A program made the translations under genes and the position numbers. DNA of 50,742 nucleotides from a virus (Duplodnaviria; Caudoviricetes), in IMG/VR virus record IMGVR_UViG_3300048598_000585, positions 1 through 50,742 of that record; one strand, written 5' to 3'. Position 1 is the first letter of the stretch. Each line of letters begins with the position of its first letter. The notes under the pieces were generated by a model. That model was not told the origin of the DNA, did not search any database, and saw only the letters and a list, made by a program, of their open reading frames with translations. Positions 45,261-50,742 of the stretch are shown here, one piece after another.

Positions 45261-46457
45261 TCACCCCACGATGTGCTTGTCATTCAGCCCGGAGCAATTT
45301 GCGGTTACGACCTGCGCGAGGAAATGAGCAGTTCTTCTGACTTCGTGGGCCGACCATGGATTCACGATGATGGACTCACCGACGGTCAGAGTATATTCAA
45401 CGCCGGCGACCTCGATGCTCATTTCGCCTTCGAGTACGGTGTAAACCTCCGTGGCCCGACGGTGATAGTGACGGGATTGTTTGGCTCTCTCGTCGAACAG
45501 TGCGAATTCTACGCCGGCCGTGACGGCATAGTGGCGTTTCCCATTCTGAGCCAGTGCTGTCCAAACTACATCGCTGAGGCTTTCGGCGCCGGAGTACCTG
45601 TAGGTTATGGCGACTTTCTGATCGCCACGGTTGCCGAGGTGCGCTTTCGGGTTCCGCCGCGCCGCCTCAATCTCACCTGAGCGAAGAAGCACCGCGGGCA
45701 ACGGGAATCGCCAGAAATGGTCCATGGTTGTGAAAGCGTACAACGAGATGCTGCCGAACTCGATGGTGCGGCCAACGGTACAAATGGCGGCGGTCTCTGA
45801 CCATCGCTCAACATGCGCCGCAGCTTCCAGCGCCAGTTCTGGGTTGGCGAAATATCCAAGTGTGATGTGCGGAACCCACTCGGGGTTCTGTGGCTTCCCA
45901 AAGGCTGCAAACTGCTCATCTAGCTCACGCCGCCGTTGCTCAATTTGCGTCATGGTACGCTCGGATTCCTCATCCACCGGGGCTAAGCGTGCGATGAGCG
46001 CGGTTTGGCTAGGCAACACCGCGATTTCCGACAACCGGAATCGAATCTTCCACCTGCCGGGGAGTGGCAGCGTCGTTGGAGGGAACTGCGTCGGTAACGG
46101 GGCGACGATAGCCGCGGGGAGGCGGACAAGAACACCTTCGAAGACTTCGCGCTCGGGTTGACGGATCAGGTGGATGTTCGCACAGTGAACAAGGTCCTGG
46201 ACCGTAACGTGATAGGACGAAGACGGCGTCAGGCACACACCGTGGCTGCCTGCCAGTTGCTCCTTGCCGATCTTATCGATGGCCTGTGCCAAACCCCGGT
46301 ATAAGGAAAGATCGATACCTTCCATTTCTGATCGGATGACAGGCAATCCGTCTTCCTCGAAGGCAGGGCCCGGATTGTCGCAGATGTAGCTGAAACCGCG
46401 ACAATTGGCGAAAGCCGGAGGATCCACGGATTGGACCTTCGGGTTGGTGATTTCCAT
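45261..46457 (-). CDS. 2H phosphoesterase (DUF1868-like) fused to a C-terminal cupin
   Basis: Two HxT motifs (SYHVTV, VPHITL); cupin HYH...EVYTVLEG...PWSAH; AAAGGAG RBS before ATG 46457. Confidence 0.85.
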   Translation of the reverse strand: MEITNPKVQSVDPPAFANCRGFSYICDNPGPAFEEDGLPVIRSEMEGIDLSLYRGLAQAIDKIGKEQLAGSHGVCLTPSSSYHVTVQDLVHCANIHLIRQPEREVFEGVLVRLPAAIVAPLPTQFPPTTLPLPGRWKIRFRLSEIAVLPSQTALIARLAPVDEESERTMTQIEQRRRELDEQFAAFGKPQNPEWVPHITLGYFANPELALEAAAHVERWSETAAICTVGRTIEFGSISLYAFTTMDHFWRFPLPAVLLRSGEIEAARRNPKAHLGNRGDQKVAITYRYSGAESLSDVVWTALAQNGKRHYAVTAGVEFALFDERAKQSRHYHRRATEVYTVLEGEMSIEVAGVEYTLTVGESIIVNPWSAHEVRRTAHFLAQVVTANCSGLNDKHIVG

Positions 46458-46911
46458 AGTCTCTCCTTTGTGGCTGAACCAGACGTGGGTTGACAAGCGT
46501 TGGAGGCGGGCATGAGTGTAGTGGATCTACACGGGCACCGCGCAACGGCTGCCAGCTGTAAGAAGACGAGGATGCTGCTTCGGACCGAGAGAGGCCCGAT
46601 ATGGGAAGACAATGCTGGCCTGACGCGGCTGCTGTGGAAATGGCGGGGACACGGCTCAGGAGATCCGTGCCCCGAACCCCCGCCAGCGGGTTGTTTCAAA
46701 TTCAATGGCGTCACCACCTTTGCGAACCTGAACTTCAGACGCGCCGCATTGCTCTCGCGTCTATCTATGCAAGGGGATGGCCAACCTCGATTTCGGGCTG
46801 CGTCTCTGCGTCCTTCGCACGATGCCGACAGCGTGCTCGTGCGTTGTCAGAAAGTTGCGGCGGTGTTCATTCGTGCCTGTAGCTGTCCGATGATTTGCAC
46901 CTTGGGCTCAT

Positions 46912-46937
46912 GATACGAAATCTTCGTATCGATACGA
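46912..46937. promoter_or_regulatory. Overlapping palindromes (candidate operator/enhancer)
   Basis: GATACGAA-ATC-TTCGTATC and TCGTATCGATACGA. Confidence 0.55.
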
Positions 46938-46970
46938 CAACCGTGATAATCTGCCGGCAGAGGTGCTGTT

Positions 46971-48128
46971 GTGCGGAGCAAGAAGAGCATCCCGGTGGGC
47001 CTGCCTGTTGCCAGGGAGGAGCGGAGCGGAGTCCAAATCGTTGAGAGGGATGGGTATTGGAAAACCGAGCTCGGCGGCCACTTCCCACGCGGCGCACCAA
47101 CCTGCACTTTGGTCGGCACCCGCGAAGGCCTTGAAGAAGTACTTCGCCCTCTTCGCCTGGTGGGTCCGTGCGACGCCCGAGTGTTGATCACCGGCGAGAC
47201 AGGCACGGGCAAGAACACCGTCGCAGAGCTCATCCACCATATGCACCAAGAGCGGCGTCATCATCAATTTCGGCGAACAAATCTGGGCGCGCTGGTCCCG
47301 GAACTTGCGGCGTCGCAGCTATTTGGACACGTTAAGGGCGCGTTCACTGGCGCGGTGAAAGACTCGCCGGGAATTGTGGTTGAGTCAAATCACGGAACTT
47401 TGTTCCTGGACCAGCTCTCTGATGCGTCCGCAGCCGTCCAGACTATGCTGCTGACTTTGTTGGAGGTGAAGAAGGTGAACCCGGTCGGAGCCCATGGTGT
47501 GCCCGGAAAGAACGTCGACTTCCGGGTGATTGCCGGGACGATCGAATCTCCGGAAGAACTGCGCGACGCGCGCAAGGTCCGGGAGGACCTCTTCTACCGG
47601 ATCAACGAGTACCATATCGAGTTGAAGCCGCTGCGGTTTCGCCGCTCCGAGATTCTGCCGATGGCGAGGTTCTTCCTGGAGCGAGCACGCGAACTGCGGA
47701 AAGATATCTCGGTTTTGACTGATATCGCTCCTGATGCTCAGCGGGCGCTTGATGCCTACCCATGGCCGGGGAATGTGCGGGAGCTTGATCACACGATTCG
47801 TGGGGCCGTGGTTGAGTCGCGGGCGGACCCGACCGCGACCGTCCTGGAGGCGCAGTGGCTTCGCATGGCGCCGCAGCGATCCTATCGGGCGTCCTCGGTC
47901 GACTACGAAACGGCGCTCCACCGATTCAGGCACGAGTGGGCACATCGGCTCTTAGCGAACGGACTCAATAACAAGAGAGCTGCGGCAGCTATGGGGATCT
48001 CCCAGGACTCGTTCCGCAAGTATCGCGACTGGAATGAGCCAGGCACGGGCGAATGGCCGAGCGGCAATACCCTTCCGGATGGCTCGCCGCAGGTACTCAG
48101 ATCAAAGGGCGCTGCGCATGGGCAGTGA
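46971..48128 (+). CDS. Sigma54-interacting AAA+ enhancer-binding-like protein without a sensor domain
   Basis: GETGTGK, LFGHVKGAFTGA, LFLDQ, REDLFYRI, WPGNVREL and Fis-like HTH. Confidence 0.9.
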   Translation: MRSKKSIPVGLPVAREERSGVQIVERDGYWKTELGGHFPRGAPTCTLVGTREGLEEVLRPLRLVGPCDARVLITGETGTGKNTVAELIHHMHQERRHHQFRRTNLGALVPELAASQLFGHVKGAFTGAVKDSPGIVVESNHGTLFLDQLSDASAAVQTMLLTLLEVKKVNPVGAHGVPGKNVDFRVIAGTIESPEELRDARKVREDLFYRINEYHIELKPLRFRRSEILPMARFFLERARELRKDISVLTDIAPDAQRALDAYPWPGNVRELDHTIRGAVVESRADPTATVLEAQWLRMAPQRSYRASSVDYETALHRFRHEWAHRLLANGLNNKRAAAAMGISQDSFRKYRDWNEPGTGEWPSGNTLPDGSPQVLRSKGAAHGQ

Positions 48129-48530
48129 CTTGGCTGCAATGGCGGATTCGGCGCGCAGATCGGCGAACTCGCATTGCTGGTCCTCCCACAGAACCATCTG
48201 CGCCACCGCTCGGAGGGTCCTTTCCGGAATCGAGGCGTGCGTTGGCTGTATTTCCGACAAAAGCACTTCCTGAATGGTGGGTGCAAGGAGTGAAAGGTTC
48301 ATGATCTGAGTTAGACGGGCTCGCGTGACGTAGCCGAGCCTGGCCAAGTCGGCGTAGTCGCGGACCTCGCCGCGGTCCACCATCTCCTGGAGCTTGATGG
48401 CGAGTGCCATTAAACGTGTGATCCGTGGAATGCGCGGCGCCGTCGGTTCCGGTGCCGGTTTCCGCTTCGCAAGCCGCCCGGCCCGCCTAGCCCAATTTAG
48501 TGGGATCTCCCGTTCGTGGGTTTCTTTCAC
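48102..48530 (-). CDS. Recombinase-cassette accessory protein (HTH-like)
   Basis: DYADLARLGYVTRARLTQIMNLSLLAPTIQE; overlaps the recombinase stop. Confidence 0.75.
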   Translation of the reverse strand: MKETHEREIPLNWARRAGRLAKRKPAPEPTAPRIPRITRLMALAIKLQEMVDRGEVRDYADLARLGYVTRARLTQIMNLSLLAPTIQEVLLSEIQPTHASIPERTLRAVAQMVLWEDQQCEFADLRAESAIAAKSLPMRSAL

Positions 48531-50065
48531 TTCGGCACTCCCTGTTGGCAGAATTCGCTAATCCCGTTTGAGTTGTAGGTGACCCTTACTTTGTCGCCGC
48601 GGGCGTCGTAGCCGACACGCTGGACCAGTTGGCGCACCAGACGGCACTGCTGTTCGATCGTCAGCGTCTTCCAGACTTCGTCGAAGTTGCCCAGCTCCCG
48701 GCGCACCAGCGAGTCGTCAATCCGGAGCCGATCGCCGCGAGCTACGGACTTGCTCAGTTGCTCGGCTTTCGCCTGACCCGCCTCGATCGATTCACGGAGT
48801 GTCGCTTCCCGTTCGGCGTCCATCGCCATCGCGCGTGCGAGTTGCGACTTTGAGTTGCGGGTTTGCACGTTTACGGCCTTCAGCTCCTCGCGACGTCGGT
48901 TTAGTTCTTCTCCCAGACGCTGACGTGCGGCGCGAACTGCTTCCTCCACCACTTTCGGTGCCAGCACGAAGTGCCGGATGCTTTCAATCACCGCCTCCTC
49001 GACCACCGGCGCGGAAACCGCCCGCGTCGTACATCCATCGCCGCTCCGTTGGCTTGCCCGAAGGCAAACGTAGTAGCGATACCGACGTTGCTTGCTGGAC
49101 GAGTACGTGGGCGACATCGCCGACCCGCAGCACGTGCAGTAAAGCAGGCCACGGAGCAGAGACTCCAGCCTCGGCCGATGCTGGGTTCCCGGATTGCGGG
49201 TGTTCTCCTTCAACTTCTCTTGGACCAGGTCAAAGGTCCGGTCGTCGACTGTCTGGGCGTGGTTGGCTGCGACAACCTCATCGTCCGCGCGGATGCGTGC
49301 TGCATAGAGCGGGTTCGCCAATATATTGTAGACGTGGCACTTCCGCATGGGGTGGCCACCGTACAACTTGCCATCCTTGGTCGTCCACTGCTTGTTATGC
49401 CAACCCAGATCGGCGCACTTCGCCACGATGCCATAGACCGTATGGCCTTCCAAGTACCACTCGAAGATTTGCCGTACGCGGTCGGCTTCCTCTGAGTTGA
49501 CCACGAGGCAATTGGCGTCCAGGTCGTAGCCCAGCGGAAGGTGGCCGCCGGTCCACTTGCCCCGCTTCCGCGCCAGGACTTGTTTGTCGCGTGTGCGCTC
49601 GGAGATGATCTCTCGTTCGAATTGGGCGAACGACAGCAGGATATTCAGCGTGAGGCGGCCGAGGGATGTCGTGGTGTTGAACTGCTGCGTGACAGAGACA
49701 AACGTCGCGCCTTGCGCGTCCAAAATCTCCATGATCTTGGCGAAGTCGCGGATGGAGCGACTCAGCCTGTCCACCTTGTACACAACCACGCAGTCGACCT
49801 TCTTGGCCTGGACATCGGCCAGCAGCCGGCGCATGGCGGGACGCTCCATGTTGGCGCCGGTGTACCCGCCGTCGTCATATTGGACTGGCAGGAGAGTCCA
49901 TCCCTCGCCTGCCTGACTGCGGATGAATGCCTCGCCGGAATCACGCTGGGCGTCGAGCGAGTTGAAGTCCTGGCCCAAGCCTTCCTCCGTCGATTTTCTC
50001 GTGTAGATGGCACAGCGCACCGTTGGGCGCTCCTTCGTTCCGTTGCCGTTATTTTTGTTCGCCAC
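48527..50065 (-). CDS. Large serine recombinase (integrase)
   Basis: CAIYTRKST, VYKVDRLSRS, FAQFERE, recombinase domain, LYCTCCG zinc ribbon and coiled coil. Confidence 0.96.
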   Translation of the reverse strand: MANKNNGNGTKERPTVRCAIYTRKSTEEGLGQDFNSLDAQRDSGEAFIRSQAGEGWTLLPVQYDDGGYTGANMERPAMRRLLADVQAKKVDCVVVYKVDRLSRSIRDFAKIMEILDAQGATFVSVTQQFNTTTSLGRLTLNILLSFAQFEREIISERTRDKQVLARKRGKWTGGHLPLGYDLDANCLVVNSEEADRVRQIFEWYLEGHTVYGIVAKCADLGWHNKQWTTKDGKLYGGHPMRKCHVYNILANPLYAARIRADDEVVAANHAQTVDDRTFDLVQEKLKENTRNPGTQHRPRLESLLRGLLYCTCCGSAMSPTYSSSKQRRYRYYVCLRASQRSGDGCTTRAVSAPVVEEAVIESIRHFVLAPKVVEEAVRAARQRLGEELNRRREELKAVNVQTRNSKSQLARAMAMDAEREATLRESIEAGQAKAEQLSKSVARGDRLRIDDSLVRRELGNFDEVWKTLTIEQQCRLVRQLVQRVGYDARGDKVRVTYNSNGISEFCQQGVPK

Positions 50066-50588
50066 GCGTCACTCCTGGCCGGTGTCCCAGTCCATAGAAG
50101 GCGAAGCCGTTCCATCGCGTGCCCGTGGCTTCGGTCACGGCTTTGCTCAACGACCTGTAGATCCTGCCATTCCACTCAAAGCCGCCGTCTGCCCGGACAT
50201 GGACGATGATGTCCTTCCCCTGATAGCGGCGGATTAGGGGTGTGCCCGGCAATGGCAGTCGCGGGTCGAGTCCTGGCCTTAGCCGCGCCTCCGCCGTTCT
50301 GGTCTCGTCGATGGCCTGCCTCAGTAAGTTCTTCGGCGCGCGGATGCGCAAGTCGGCGTCGTCCGCGATCTCGAGCGCGCGGCTCCGCGCACGCTCCGAG
50401 AGCCCGCCCCACGCGTTCGCCTGAATGCGCCAGGCAATGCGGCGGAACAGGAACTGCTTGTGATTGGATCGGGAGGCCTCACTGAAGACCTCACGATACT
50501 TATCCTTAAGCTGCGCGGTGGTCAGGTGGCGCAGGCTCTCGATCTCTTCTCTGATCCGGGTTGGCTCGATTGCTGTTTCGTTTCTCAT
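50049..50588 (-). CDS. DUF2924 domain protein
   Basis: RRIAWRIQ..GGLS, PGT.LIRRYQG and YRSLS.....TGTRWNG..F motifs. Confidence 0.92.
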   Translation of the reverse strand: MRNETAIEPTRIREEIESLRHLTTAQLKDKYREVFSEASRSNHKQFLFRRIAWRIQANAWGGLSERARSRALEIADDADLRIRAPKNLLRQAIDETRTAEARLRPGLDPRLPLPGTPLIRRYQGKDIIVHVRADGGFEWNGRIYRSLSKAVTEATGTRWNGFAFYGLGHRPGVTRGEQK

Positions 50589-50592
50589 GGTG

Positions 50593-50742
50593 TTAACCAG
50601 CAGTCACATGAGGGCTCTCTGTCTCCGGCAAGTCAACTTGCGGGCTGGCCGGATCCGGGAAGAGCAGTCGAACGAGTGCATCGCCGAGGATGGCGGCGAC
50701 TTCGTGGATGGCGCTGTCGAGGGCGGCGTCGTGATCGCGCAT
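50593..50742 (-). CDS. Small ORF preceding DUF2924 (49 aa; not in the ORF track)
   Basis: MRDHDAALDSAIHEVAAILGDALVRLLFPDPASPQVDLPETESPHVTAG*, translated by hand. Confidence 0.5.
   Translation of the reverse strand: MRDHDAALDSAIHEVAAILGDALVRLLFPDPASPQVDLPETESPHVTAG

Larger units (their letters stand above)
1..50742 (-). mobile_element. Temperate lambda-like siphovirus prophage (integration, replication, packaging, head and non-contractile tail modules); boundaries not visible
   Basis: Co-oriented serine recombinase, primase-helicase, GpA-type terminase, lambda-type portal, capsid, tail tube and tape measure in canonical order; no sheath gene seen. Confidence 0.93.

Noticed and set aside
46460-46970. 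Consensus sigma54 promoter and ORFs in the intergenic region (46500..46913, 46601..46882)
   Set aside because: No TGGCAC-N5-TTGC match, only a weak GG-N10-GC; the ORFs lack an RBS and protein-like composition
50593-50742. attL/attR sites or a tRNA integration target
   Set aside because: The window ends at gene boundaries; no matching repeat at the two ends and no tRNA or rRNA structure recognised

Overview
The window is almost entirely one temperate, lambda-like siphovirus prophage in a GC-rich host, encoded mainly on the minus strand. It runs from a start codon at 50742 to a stop codon at 1, and no att sites or host flanks are visible. Read right to left it contains: a small ORF/DUF2924/large serine recombinase/accessory integration cassette; cargo consisting of a sensor-less sigma54 activator with a Walker-B DE->DQ change, divergent from a 2H-phosphoesterase-cupin fusion; an HTH regulator followed by a GGGGGAGT repeat array; an early operon (sigma-like protein, PD-(D/E)XK nuclease, AAA_24 ATPase, DUF669, ERCC4 nuclease, RecD2-like helicase, primase-helicase) ending in a GGAGAC direct/inverted repeat cluster (candidate origin); a TIR/NDT-like + P-loop ATPase moron; a lambda cosQ/cosN-like site; two ParB-fused DNA methyltransferases interleaved with holin-like and unknown genes; an antisense DUF3489 cassette; terminase, portal, protease-capsid fusion and connectors; tail tube and a -1 frameshifted tail chaperone; an M15 peptidase; an antisense stand-alone zinc anti-sigma domain; tape measure; and tail tip/fibre genes. 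All family calls come from motif recognition by eye, not from database searches. The best candidates for new biology are the sigma54/2H-cupin cargo module, the sigma/anti-sigma pair, the TIR/NDT-ATPase, and a 189-aa Ala/Gln/Thr-rich protein with its own terminator.
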